From Thermoanaerobaculia bacterium (GTDB lineage: Bacteria > Acidobacteriota > Thermoanaerobaculia > UBA5066), in contig CAWFJJ010000008.1 in NCBI GenBank assembly GCA_963816185.1, positions 343,010 through 407,009 of the forward strand: 64,000 nucleotides of DNA, in the 5' to 3' direction. A model generated the notes under the pieces. The model worked only from the letters and a program-made list of their open reading frames with translations, was not told the origin of the DNA and ran no database searches. The translations under genes and the position numbers were made by a program. This document shows positions 47,249 to 57,002 of this stretch, piece by piece (the stretch's first letter is position 1; each line of letters begins with the position of its first letter).

Positions 47249-48153
47249 CTTTCCTGCTCGCGGCCGCCCTGAGCGGAGCGCTGGGCGCGGCGGGCGACGT
47301 GTCCTCGTCCTCGCCGGTCGCGATGCTCCTCGAGGCGCGGGCCGCCGCCGTCAGTACGGACGCCTCGAGCAGCGCGGCTGGCGCTGCGGCGGGCGCGGCT
47401 CCGCTCGCGAAGGCCTGTCCGGCGCGCGACCCGGAGGACGGGCGCTGCTACCCGTCGGCCGACGCGGCGGACCTGGCGTGGCTCGCGCGTTCCACGAATC
47501 CGAAGGTCGTCGCCAGCCATGCCGACGTCCCGGAGGAAGACCCCGACGACCCTGACGAGCCCGACGATGCCGCGGACTCGGCTCCCGCGAAACCGACGAT
47601 GAACCCGGCGCGCCTCGCCTTCTGGGAGAACCTCGCGAAGACGGTCACCGGCTTCGTCGTGCGCAAGACGAACAACAAGCCGGTCTCGGTCCCCGAGGCC
47701 GAGCTCGCGAAGCTCTTCGCGACGGATTTCCCGCTGCCGCTCGAGGCGTTCGATCGCGCGAAGTTTCGCGACACGTTTCTCTCCAGGAGGGGCCGGCACA
47801 AGAAACATCATGCGATCGACCTGCCCGCGGCGAGAGGAACACCGGTTCTCTCCGTCGCGGACGGGGTCATCGAGCGCCTCGGCCGCGACAAGAGGGGCGG
47901 CAAGGTCGTGTACCTGCGCGACACGACCGGGAAGTACACGTTCTTCTACGCGCACCTCGCGCGGCACGAGAAAGGCCTCAGGGCCGGGGATCATGTCGTG
48001 AAGGGGCAGCGCCTCGGCGAGGTCGGCGCGACGGGCCACGTCATCGGCGGGCCGCACCTGCACTTCGCGATCTTCCGCGACGAGGACGCCGCCGGGCGCG
48101 CCCTCGTCGTGAATCCTTACCTCGTCTTCAGCCCGATCCTGACGACGCCGTAG
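47245..48153 (+). CDS. M23 family metallopeptidase (start CTG 47245 or GTG 47299)
   Basis: HHAIDL, YAHL, GPHLHF; a signal-peptide-like stretch lies in frame upstream of 47299. Confidence 0.85.
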   Translation: MTFLLAAALSGALGAAGDVSSSSPVAMLLEARAAAVSTDASSSAAGAAAGAAPLAKACPARDPEDGRCYPSADAADLAWLARSTNPKVVASHADVPEEDPDDPDEPDDAADSAPAKPTMNPARLAFWENLAKTVTGFVVRKTNNKPVSVPEAELAKLFATDFPLPLEAFDRAKFRDTFLSRRGRHKKHHAIDLPAARGTPVLSVADGVIERLGRDKRGGKVVYLRDTTGKYTFFYAHLARHEKGLRAGDHVVKGQRLGEVGATGHVIGGPHLHFAIFRDEDAAGRALVVNPYLVFSPILTTP

Positions 48154-48199
48154 GCGTCGAGCAACCGCCGCCGCCCACGGCGCGTAAACTGAGTTTCCA

Positions 48200-51052
48200 G
48201 TGACTCGGGACGATCGCGGTGCCACGGACCCGGGCGTCATTCGCGACCGGTTCCTTTCGGAGTTCGCCCTCGCGCTCGTCGAGGGCGTGCAGCTCCAGGA
48301 GTTTCTCGACTGGTCCGTCGCGCAGATCGGCCGGATCCTGAACGTCGATCGCCTCGCCCTCTTCCTGTTCGGTGCCGGCGGCGCAGCCGACGCCCTCGTC
48401 GTGCGCGCCTCGTGGGCCGCGGACGGCGTCACTCCGATTCCGGTGTCCATTCCCCTCTCGGAGTCCGTGGTCTCGGCGAGACTCAAGCAATTCGAATCGG
48501 TCGTGGTCGAGGACGTGGAAGATGCGGCCGACCTGGAGGAGGGGCGCGAGGTCCTGCGGCGCCTCGGAACGAAGTCGTTGCTCGCCGTCCCGATCGGCAT
48601 CGACAGCGCGCTCCGGGGCTTCGTCGCCGCGGCGTCCGTGCGGGAGCGCCGGATCTGGACACCCGACGACGTCGCGTTTCTCGAGTCGGCGGTTCATCAC
48701 CTGTCCGCGGCCCTCAAGCAGACCGAGCTCGTCGAGGAGCTCGGAAGAGAGCGGGACCGGCTCTCGGTGCTCTTCGACCTCGCGTCGGCGGTGCAGCGGT
48801 CCACGACGGTGAACGACGTCGTCGAGACGGCGCTTTCGGGGCTCCGCGACACGCTGCTCTTTCCCATCGGTCTGTTCTCGCTCGTCGCGCCGGAAGGGGA
48901 CGCCGTCATCGGCCTCGGCGGGTATGGGGGCGTCGACGCGGGAGATTTCTCGGGGCGGACCCCCCTGACGCCGGAACGTCCGACCGTCTCCTTCCGAGTC
49001 CTCGAATCGGGTCAGCCGCTGATCGTGAACGACGTCGAGGAGGAGCCGGAAAGCACCTCGAAGGAAAGGTTCCGCCAGCTCGGGGCGCGTTCGTTCGGCG
49101 TCTTTCCGATGCGTTCGGCGGGCAAGACGATCGGCGTCATGAGCGTCGCGAGCCGGGACACGTCCCGCCGGATCGAGTTCGACGACGTCGAGACCCTTCA
49201 GTCTCTCGCCGACTTCGTGGGCGTCGCGCTCGAGCAGCGGCGCGCGGCCGACGCCGTCTCCGAGGCGATGCGCGAAGCGCGAAGCCTCGCGGACGCATCC
49301 CACGCTCTTCTCACGCGCACGGCCGACCGGCGGGTTCTCCTCGACCAGATCCTCGACGCGCTCGCGCGCCATTTCGGCCACGAGGCCTGCAGCCTCCATC
49401 TCGTGGATCAGGAGCGCCACGTTCTCGTTCCGAACGGCCGGCGCGGGTGGTTGTCTCAAGTCGATCCCGCCTCCGCAGTTTCGCTCGACGCGCCGGGACT
49501 CATTCCGCTCGCCGCGCGCTCGGGGCGCTTCGTAAACGCACCCGATGTGTCGATCGAGCCCGACTACGTCGCGGGCTGGCCCGACGCGCGTTCGGAGCTC
49601 GTCGTTCCTCTGGTCCTCGACGAGCGCGTCGTCGGCGTCTTCGACCTGCAGTCGGGGCATCCCAACGCCTTCTCGGACGCGGACGCCCGCACGATCCAGG
49701 CCTTCGCCGAGCGTGCCGCCCTGGCGCTCCGCCTCTCCGAGCTCGTCGGCACCCTGGAGAAGCGCACGCGCGTTCTCGAAGCCGTCACGCGCGCCACGCA
49801 GCTGTTGAACTTCCGCCTCCATGCGCCGGACGTGCTGACGTCGGTCGTCGAGGAGACGACGCGCGCCTTTCCCGGCGCCGACGGCTGCGTCGCATGGGTG
49901 AGCGACTCTCCCGCCACGAACCTGTCCGTCGCCGCCGCGGACGGCGTCGGAGAGATGACGCTTCGCGCGGCCGGGACCGTGCCGCATTCGGTCGGGCGCC
50001 TGAAGTGCGCGGGCCGGGCTTTTCTCGAGAACCGTCCCGTATTCCTCGAAGTGTCGGGCTTCGACGAGCTGTCCGCCGGCTGGGACCTGGGCACGCGCGC
50101 CCGCGCCCGTGCCGCCGTCGAGAATCCGGACGTGCGCTCTCTGATGGCCGTGCCGATCCGGGTCGGCGATCACCGGCTCGGCGTCCTCGAGGTGCTCGCG
50201 ATCACGCCTGACGCCTTCACGCCGGAGGACGGCGAGACGCTTGCTCTTCTCGCCGAGCAATCCGCGATCGCGCTCCGCAACGCGCGCCTCATCGAGGAGC
50301 TCCAGAGGAGCAACCGGCTGAAGGACGACTTCCTCGCGAACCTTTCCCATGAGATCCGCACGCCGCTGACCGGGATCGTGGGATGGGCCGAGGTCCTGCT
50401 CGACTCCCGGCGCGGCGACGCGGACGCGCGGCGCGCGCTGGAGGCGATCCTCGGGCAGGCCGACACGCTGACGCGCATGCTCGCGGACCTCATCGACCTG
50501 TCGCGGATCGACAATTTCGGACTGGAGCTCCGCCGGGGCCCGGTCGCGATTCCCGAGATCCTCGCGGCCGCTCTCGACGCCGTGAGCCCGGGTGCGCGGC
50601 GCCGGGGCGTCGTGATCCGCTGCTCGCTCGATCCGGAGCTGCCGTCCGTGGAAGGCGATGCCGCGCGCCTCAAACAGGTCCTCTGGAACCTCCTCGCGAA
50701 CGGCGTCAAGTTCTCGCCCTCCGGCGGAACCGTGCACGTGGCCTCTCGCCGTGTTTCGGGCGGAGGGCTGGAGATCGCCGTGGAGGACGAGGGACACGGC
50801 ATCGATCCGGAATTCCTCCCGCTCGTGTTCGACCGCTTCCGGCAGGAGGAGACGTCCTCGAACCGGCGGTTCGGCGGGCTGGGTGTCGGCCTCGCCATCG
50901 CGCGCGCGATCGTCCTCGCGCATGGCGGAACGATCGTCGCCGAGAGCGAGGGACGCGAGCGCGGCAGCCGATTCGTCGTCACCTTCCCGCCCGAGCGCGT
51001 CGTGGCCCGCCAGGAGGACGGGCGCGGAGGGAGGCGCGAGGCGGCCCGATGA
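48200..51052 (+). CDS. Multi-GAF sensor histidine kinase
   Basis: About four GAF repeats; SHEIRTPL; NLLANGVKF; DEGHGI; GGLGVGL. Confidence 0.9.
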   Translation: MTRDDRGATDPGVIRDRFLSEFALALVEGVQLQEFLDWSVAQIGRILNVDRLALFLFGAGGAADALVVRASWAADGVTPIPVSIPLSESVVSARLKQFESVVVEDVEDAADLEEGREVLRRLGTKSLLAVPIGIDSALRGFVAAASVRERRIWTPDDVAFLESAVHHLSAALKQTELVEELGRERDRLSVLFDLASAVQRSTTVNDVVETALSGLRDTLLFPIGLFSLVAPEGDAVIGLGGYGGVDAGDFSGRTPLTPERPTVSFRVLESGQPLIVNDVEEEPESTSKERFRQLGARSFGVFPMRSAGKTIGVMSVASRDTSRRIEFDDVETLQSLADFVGVALEQRRAADAVSEAMREARSLADASHALLTRTADRRVLLDQILDALARHFGHEACSLHLVDQERHVLVPNGRRGWLSQVDPASAVSLDAPGLIPLAARSGRFVNAPDVSIEPDYVAGWPDARSELVVPLVLDERVVGVFDLQSGHPNAFSDADARTIQAFAERAALALRLSELVGTLEKRTRVLEAVTRATQLLNFRLHAPDVLTSVVEETTRAFPGADGCVAWVSDSPATNLSVAAADGVGEMTLRAAGTVPHSVGRLKCAGRAFLENRPVFLEVSGFDELSAGWDLGTRARARAAVENPDVRSLMAVPIRVGDHRLGVLEVLAITPDAFTPEDGETLALLAEQSAIALRNARLIEELQRSNRLKDDFLANLSHEIRTPLTGIVGWAEVLLDSRRGDADARRALEAILGQADTLTRMLADLIDLSRIDNFGLELRRGPVAIPEILAAALDAVSPGARRRGVVIRCSLDPELPSVEGDAARLKQVLWNLLANGVKFSPSGGTVHVASRRVSGGGLEIAVEDEGHGIDPEFLPLVFDRFRQEETSSNRRFGGLGVGLAIARAIVLAHGGTIVAESEGRERGSRFVVTFPPERVVARQEDGRGGRREAAR

Positions 51053-52608
51053 TCCCGCCCGACGTCACGCTCCTGAAAGATCGCCTCCTGAAGGCCGAGG
51101 AGCGGATCGCCGCCTTGAACCGGATTGGAATCGCCCTGTCCGCCGAGCGCGATCTCGAGAAGCTCCTCGAGACAATCCTGACCGAATCGCGACGCTTCTC
51201 GGACTCCGAGGCAGGCAGCCTCTACCTCGTGGAGGATTCGCCGGAGGGCCGGCGCCTGCGCTTCAAGCTCGCCCAGAACGACGCCGTGTCGTTCGCGTTC
51301 TCGGAGCGCACGGTGAGGGTGAACGAGGAGAGCCTCGCCGGCTGGGTCGCCGTTCACGGAGAGCCTCTCGTCCTCGAGGACGCCTACGCGCTTCCGAAGG
51401 GCGCGCCTTACCGGCACAACGACGAATTCGACGTCGCGACCGGATTCCGGACACGCGCGATGCTCGTCGTGCCGATGAAGGATCACCGAGGCGAGCTCGT
51501 CGGCGTCCTTCAGCTCATGAACCGGCGTGGGCGTTCGGCGGGAGAGTACGAGCCGTACCCGGCCGACCTCGTGCCCCTACTCCTTTCGCTCGCGACGCAG
51601 GCCGCGGTCTGCCTGAAGGCGAACAACCTGACGATGTCGATCCGGAAGCTCTTCGAGGATTTCGCGCGAGCCGCGATCGTGGCGGTCGAGCAGCGCGATC
51701 CGACGACCGCGGGCCACAGCAATCGCGTCTCGACTCTTTCCGTCACGCTCGCCTCTCTCGTGGACCGCGCCGCCGACGGCCCGTATGCCGCCGTGACGTT
51801 CTCACGGGAGGAGCTCCGCGAGATCGGCACGGCCGCCCTCCTCCACGATTTCGGCAAGATCTCGATTCCCGAGCGCGTCCTCGTCAAGGCGAAGAAGCTC
51901 TCGGAGGAAGGTCTCGGGAAGATCCGCGACCGCTTCGACTTCTCGCTCGCTTCGGAGGAGGCTCGAGACGCGCGGGCGCTTCTCGAGCGGCGCGCCCGCG
52001 AAGGGACAGCGGTCACCGCCGCCGACCTCGAGGCGCTAGACGCGGCGGCGGCCGCTCGCGCCCGTGACCTCCAGGACCTTTTCGAGGAGATCGTCTCGGC
52101 GAACGAGCCGACGGTCCTGCCGAGGGACGCGCGCGGCCGCCTCGAGCCGCTTCTGACGCGGATGATCCGCGATCGCCGCGGGCGCGAGACGACTCTTCTC
52201 CTCCCCGAGGAGTTCCGGCTGTTGTCGATCACGCAGGGCAGCCTCTCGGACGACGAGCGCCGCTCCGTGGAAAGCCATGTCTCGCATACGTGGCGTTTCC
52301 TCTCGACGATTCCGTGGACGCCGGACCTCGCCCGCGTTCCCGAGATCGCGTACGCGCATCACGAGAAGCTCGACGGAACGGGCTACCCCCGCGGGCTGGA
52401 CCGTGAGGGCATTCCACCCGCCGTCCGCGCGCTCACGGTCTGCGACGTCTACGACGCCCTCACCGCCTCCGACCGGCCCTACAAGAAGGCCGTCCCGCGC
52501 GACGCGGCGCTCGGCATCCTGGAGGGCGAAGCGAAACGCGACCGGCTCGACTCCTGGATGGTCGCGGCATTCATCGAGGGAAAAGTGTGGACGTCGCTCG
52601 CGCGCTGA
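51049..52608 (+). CDS. GAF + HD-GYP phosphodiesterase
   Basis: ATGA overlap; TAGHSNRV, LHDFGK, HHEKLDGTGYP. Confidence 0.9.
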   Translation: MIPPDVTLLKDRLLKAEERIAALNRIGIALSAERDLEKLLETILTESRRFSDSEAGSLYLVEDSPEGRRLRFKLAQNDAVSFAFSERTVRVNEESLAGWVAVHGEPLVLEDAYALPKGAPYRHNDEFDVATGFRTRAMLVVPMKDHRGELVGVLQLMNRRGRSAGEYEPYPADLVPLLLSLATQAAVCLKANNLTMSIRKLFEDFARAAIVAVEQRDPTTAGHSNRVSTLSVTLASLVDRAADGPYAAVTFSREELREIGTAALLHDFGKISIPERVLVKAKKLSEEGLGKIRDRFDFSLASEEARDARALLERRAREGTAVTAADLEALDAAAAARARDLQDLFEEIVSANEPTVLPRDARGRLEPLLTRMIRDRRGRETTLLLPEEFRLLSITQGSLSDDERRSVESHVSHTWRFLSTIPWTPDLARVPEIAYAHHEKLDGTGYPRGLDREGIPPAVRALTVCDVYDALTASDRPYKKAVPRDAALGILEGEAKRDRLDSWMVAAFIEGKVWTSLAR

Positions 52609-53268
52609 AGGCCGCGTCGAGCGCGGCGGCGATCGCCGCGTGGCTGGTGCTGTCGCCCTGCTCGGCCGCGGCGGCCCCCGCGAGATGGCACTTCTCGTTC
52701 GGGAAATGGCAGATGTCGGTTTTCTTCGAAAGGGAAGAGGGGAGAGGAGATACGACGCGGCTGCTCGTGGAGGCCGGAACCGGACGATTCGACTTCGTGT
52801 CCTCGCAGGATCCCTCGGGCCGGGACTCGACGGAGAGCATCCGCCGTCTCCCGGACGGCGAGACGCTCACGCGACGCCTCGTTCTCGCGACCTTCGCAGA
52901 AATCCCAGCGTGCGCTTCGGTCCGGGAGCCGGACGCGTGCGTCGTGCTGACGGGCGCGAACGGGACGCTCTCGGCTCCGATTTCCGGCTTCGCGGGCGAG
53001 TCGGGAACCCGTCTCCGGGCGCAGGCCGCCGGCCTCGTCTCGCCCGGGATGCGCGACGCGCTCTTCGCGCTCGCGCCGATTCTTCCGGCCGTCGCGGAGT
53101 TCGGCTCCTACACGAAGGACTTCCTCGGCCTCGTCTGGCCAGAGGGCTTCGCGAAATCGCAGTCGCTGAGGCGGGGCAAACGGACGAAAGGCTGCGATTT
53201 CGACGCGACGTTCGGATATCCCTGCGACGCGGACGCGCGGCGGCGGAGAAGAGAGGAGGTTCAGATGA
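52587..53268 (+). CDS. Exported hypothetical protein, in-frame fused to helicase in this sequence (probably lost its stop through an indel)
   Basis: Signal peptide ending AAAA; CDFDATFGYPC; alternative frame ends EERRFR-TGA overlapping the helicase ATG. Confidence 0.55.
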
Positions 53269-55370
53269 GCGACGACGCCCCCGCTCCGCGCCGATACGTC
53301 CTGCGCCGCGCCGCGGCGGCGAAGAGCTACCGCGTCGACTACGCGCGCGAGCTGAACGAGGAGCAGAAGACCGTGGTGTTCGCGCCCGACGGCCCGACGG
53401 TCGTCGTCGCGGGCGCCGGCTCGGGCAAGACGCGCACGCTCGTCTATCGCGTATCGCGCCTCATCGAGGACGGCGCCGATCCGGCGTCTCTGCTTCTCCT
53501 CACGTTCACGAACCGGGCGGCGCGCGAGATGAAACGCCGCGTCGAGTCGCTCATCGGCGCCGACCTGAACCGCGCGACGGCCGGGACGTTTCATTCGGTC
53601 GCCGCGCGCCTCTTGCGCCCGCACGCAGAGCTGCTCGGCTATCGCCACAACTTCGGCATCCTCGACTCGGAGGACTCGAAGGATCTCCTCGAGTCCGCGA
53701 CGTCCGACGTCGGAGTTCCCGTGACCGAACGGCGCTTCCCGAAGGGGGACCTCCTCCGGGCGATCGTGTCGCTCTGCGTGAACACGGGGCGGCCGCTCGA
53801 CGACGTGATCACGGCCGAGCATCCGCACTTCCTTCCCCAGCTCGACGCGATCCGTGCGGTCGTCCATCGCTATCTCGAGCGAAAGGTCTCATCGAACGGC
53901 ATGGATTACGACGACCTGCTCCTGAACTGGAAAAGACTCCTCACCGAGCACCCCGCGATCCGCAAGGCCTTCGGCGCGCGCTTCCGGCACGTCCTCGTGG
54001 ACGAGTACCAGGACGTCAACCGCCTGCAGGCCGATCTCGTGGACCTCGTCCTGAAGGATGTCGAAACCCCGAGCGTCATGGTCGTCGGCGACGATGCGCA
54101 GTCCATCTACTCCTTCCGCGGGGCCGACTTCGAGGCGCTCCTCGGGTTTCCGGACCGCCATCCGGGGACGCGCGTCTTCTCGCTCGAGACGAACTACCGG
54201 TCCACGCCCGAGATCCTCCGCCTCGCGGACGCGTCCATCGCGCAGAACACGCGGCGCTTCGAGAAGTCGCTCCACGCGACGCGCCCCGCGGGCGTTCCGG
54301 TCGCCGTCGTGGGCGCCTCGGATGTCGGACAGCAGGCCGAGTTCGTGGCCCAGCGCGTCCTCGAGCTGCGCGACGAGGGGACTCCGCTCGCCGAGATCGC
54401 CGTCCTCTACCGCGCGCACCATCAGGCCCTCGAGCTCCAGATCGAGCTGACGCACCGCGGCATCCCGTACGAGATCCGCTCGGGGCTGCGCTTCTTCGAG
54501 CAGCAGCACGTGAAGGACGTCCTCGCATACCTGCGCCTCCTCGTGAACCCGAAGGAGGAGACGGCCTTCAAGCGCATTCTCAAGCTCCTTCCGAAGGTGG
54601 GAGAGCGCACGGCCGCGACGCTCTGGGCCGCGGTTTCGGACACCCCCGACCCGGTCGGGTCCTTCCTGCGCCTCGACACGCGGAAGGCACCTGCCGGCGC
54701 GCAGGCCGCTCTGTCGAGGCTCGCCAGGACGCTCGAGTCGCTGCGGCGGCCGTCGCTTTTGTCGGCGCCGGCAGAAGCGATCCGGTTCGTCGTCGACGAG
54801 GGAGGCTATGCGGACGTCGCGAAGGCGCGGTTCGAGAACCACCAGACCCGCCTCGACGACCTCGAGGCGCTCGCGCAATTCGCGCTGCCGTACGACGGCG
54901 TCGAGAGCTTCCTCGAAGAAGTCACGCTCTTCGGTGAGCCCTCCGGCGAGACCGTCATCGCGGGCGAGAAGGACGACGAGCGCCTCGTCCTCTCGTCGAT
55001 CCACCAGGCCAAGGGTCTCGAATGGCGCGCCGTGTTCGTCCTCGGACTCGTCGAGGACCGTTTTCCGAACGTGAGGGCCGCGCGGACGGCCGAAGGCCTC
55101 GAAGAGGAGCGGCGCCTGTTCTACGTCGCCGCGACGCGGGCGAAGGACGAGCTTCTCCTCGTCCACCCCCTCGCATCGTTCGACCGCTATGGCATCGTCG
55201 TCGTGACCGAGCCGAGCCGATTCCTGCGCGAGCTGCCCGAGAACGTCTATGAGCGCTGGGTGCTCGAGCCGGGTCCGCCTCTCCCGGCGGTCTCGGGCGC
55301 GAGCGCCCCGAGGCTCGGCGAAGCGGACGACCCGACCGCCGAGGCGGACGAGGACGAGCCGGTGAACTGA
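53265..55370 (+). CDS. UvrD/PcrA/Rep family ATP-dependent DNA helicase
   Basis: GGAGG RBS; AGAGSGKT, TFTNRAA, VDEYQD, GDDAQSIY, NYRS, IHQAKGLEW, EERRLFYVA. Confidence 0.93.
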   Translation: MSDDAPAPRRYVLRRAAAAKSYRVDYARELNEEQKTVVFAPDGPTVVVAGAGSGKTRTLVYRVSRLIEDGADPASLLLLTFTNRAAREMKRRVESLIGADLNRATAGTFHSVAARLLRPHAELLGYRHNFGILDSEDSKDLLESATSDVGVPVTERRFPKGDLLRAIVSLCVNTGRPLDDVITAEHPHFLPQLDAIRAVVHRYLERKVSSNGMDYDDLLLNWKRLLTEHPAIRKAFGARFRHVLVDEYQDVNRLQADLVDLVLKDVETPSVMVVGDDAQSIYSFRGADFEALLGFPDRHPGTRVFSLETNYRSTPEILRLADASIAQNTRRFEKSLHATRPAGVPVAVVGASDVGQQAEFVAQRVLELRDEGTPLAEIAVLYRAHHQALELQIELTHRGIPYEIRSGLRFFEQQHVKDVLAYLRLLVNPKEETAFKRILKLLPKVGERTAATLWAAVSDTPDPVGSFLRLDTRKAPAGAQAALSRLARTLESLRRPSLLSAPAEAIRFVVDEGGYADVAKARFENHQTRLDDLEALAQFALPYDGVESFLEEVTLFGEPSGETVIAGEKDDERLVLSSIHQAKGLEWRAVFVLGLVEDRFPNVRAARTAEGLEEERRLFYVAATRAKDELLLVHPLASFDRYGIVVVTEPSRFLRELPENVYERWVLEPGPPLPAVSGASAPRLGEADDPTAEADEDEPVN

Positions 55371-55389
55371 CTCGTCCCCGCCCTTCGGG

Positions 55390-56394
55390 CTAATGGATCG
55401 TCCGGCTGTTGTTCGTCTCGCTCGCCTCGACGACGGCATTGTCGGCGTCGACGACGACCGTGATCCCCGTGTCGTCGATGGCGACGGCGCAATAGGTGCA
55501 CACCTTGTTCGGCCCGACCTGCTCGACGCAGACGTTGGAGTTGGCCCGGTGGAACATGAACGTGGCGCTCGCGTTGGCCGCCAGATTGGGCACCGTCACG
55601 CGTTGAAGCTGGGTGCCGTCGGCCTTCTTGAGGACGACCGCGAAAGGCGTCGTGACGGCCGTGCCCGAGATGTTCCGGACGCCGAACTGGAGGTCGGGCT
55701 GCGTGAATTTCCGCTGGCCGGTGAACGCGCCGTTGCAGTCGTTCGGATTCGGGACGCACGTCCCGAAGCTCGTCGTGTTGCACGTCCGGAAGTTGACGAA
55801 GTCCGTCGGCGTGAGGTCGGGCGGAAGCGCCGGAGACGCGGGCGCAGCGCCAGCTCCGAGCTGGCGCGGGATGAAGCCGCCGGGTGCGGGTGTCGGCGCG
55901 GGCCGGGGCGTGGGCGGCGGGGCGCACGACGAGACGATCGTCAGCGGGATGATCTCGTGCCCGGTGAGCCAGTTCACCTGGACGTTGCCGTTTCCGAGGG
56001 CGGCGCCCGTGCCCGCGACGATCTTGACGGTCACGTAACCCGTCTGCACCGGCTGGCCGAACGAGACTCCGCCGCTGGGGCTGTTGTGGGAGCCGTGGCT
56101 TGTGATCGAAGAGCTGAGGCCGGAGATGTTGTCCTGAGTCCCGGTCGCGAAGTCTGCGCCGAAGCCGTCGAGCTCGACGAGGAACGTCGCGCCGCGGGGG
56201 ACCGGGATCCTGCGTCCTGACGTCAGGAAGTCGCCGCTGATCTCAGGGTTCGAGGCGAACGACGAGCAGAGGGCCGGGCCGGAAACGTGATTGATGAAGA
56301 TCGTGTCGATCTTGGCCGCGGCCGGAAGAGCGAACGAGAGAACCGCAGCAAGAACGAGAAATCCGAGTCGGGAGGACGCGAGTGGGTGGCGCAT
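55390..56394 (-). CDS. Exported protein: N-terminal Ig-like domain, Pro linker, C-terminal CARDB-like domain
   Basis: Signal peptide; VRNISG...VVVDADNAVVEASETNN; paired Cys. Confidence 0.78.
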   Translation of the reverse strand: MRHPLASSRLGFLVLAAVLSFALPAAAKIDTIFINHVSGPALCSSFASNPEISGDFLTSGRRIPVPRGATFLVELDGFGADFATGTQDNISGLSSSITSHGSHNSPSGGVSFGQPVQTGYVTVKIVAGTGAALGNGNVQVNWLTGHEIIPLTIVSSCAPPPTPRPAPTPAPGGFIPRQLGAGAAPASPALPPDLTPTDFVNFRTCNTTSFGTCVPNPNDCNGAFTGQRKFTQPDLQFGVRNISGTAVTTPFAVVLKKADGTQLQRVTVPNLAANASATFMFHRANSNVCVEQVGPNKVCTYCAVAIDDTGITVVVDADNAVVEASETNNSRTIH

Positions 56395-56406
56395 CGCAAG
56401 CCTCTC

Positions 56407-56934
56407 TCAGTGTCCGAGGCAGGACTGCACGTCCGCGTCGATCGCCGCGAGCTCGCGCTGGAGCTCCGCTTTCCGCGCGGCGAGGGGAGCGCAGCACTTC
56501 TGGAGGACCGTCTTGGCCTTGGCCAGCTCCTTGGCCGCCTGGAGGGCGCAGAATTTCGCCTGGTCCTTGACGACTCCCGCGACGCACGCGTCGAGCGTCT
56601 GGCCCGCGCACTTCTGGGCGAGCGCCACGTTGCTGAGCGCGTTGAACGCGGCGAGCGGGCTGCCCGCCGGCGGGTTGTTGACGTCGAGGCACGCCGTGTG
56701 CTCGGCCTTCGCCGCGGCGACCGCGCTGTTGAACTCGGTGGTGCAGGGGCTCGCGAGCGTCAGGTGGGGAAACTGCCTCCCGAAATCGATCACCTGAAGA
56801 TCGACGGCCTTCTTCAGGGCGCTCTTCACGTCGACCGGGTTGAACGTCTGAGATTTCGGTTGCGCCGCGGCGGGGCGGGCGAGCGCGAGGCCCGCGAGCG
56901 TGGCGAGCGTGAGGGTCGTACAGGTCTTTCTCAT
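56407..56934 (-). CDS. Exported Cys-rich helical hypothetical protein
   Basis: AAGGAG RBS; signal peptide; eight Cys in an Ala-rich mature chain. Confidence 0.75.
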   Translation of the reverse strand: MRKTCTTLTLATLAGLALARPAAAQPKSQTFNPVDVKSALKKAVDLQVIDFGRQFPHLTLASPCTTEFNSAVAAAKAEHTACLDVNNPPAGSPLAAFNALSNVALAQKCAGQTLDACVAGVVKDQAKFCALQAAKELAKAKTVLQKCCAPLAARKAELQRELAAIDADVQSCLGH

Positions 56935-56975
56935 TGTTCTCTCCTTCCCCCGTTTCGGGGCCTTCTGCGGAGAGA

Positions 56976-57002
56976 AGCGCGTTCGGGGAGAGAACCGGCT
57001 CA
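56976..57002 (-). promoter_or_regulatory. Candidate ECF promoter, copy 1
   Basis: TGAGCCGGTTC-TCTCCCCGAAC-GCGCT, same blocks and spacing as copy 2. Confidence 0.65.
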
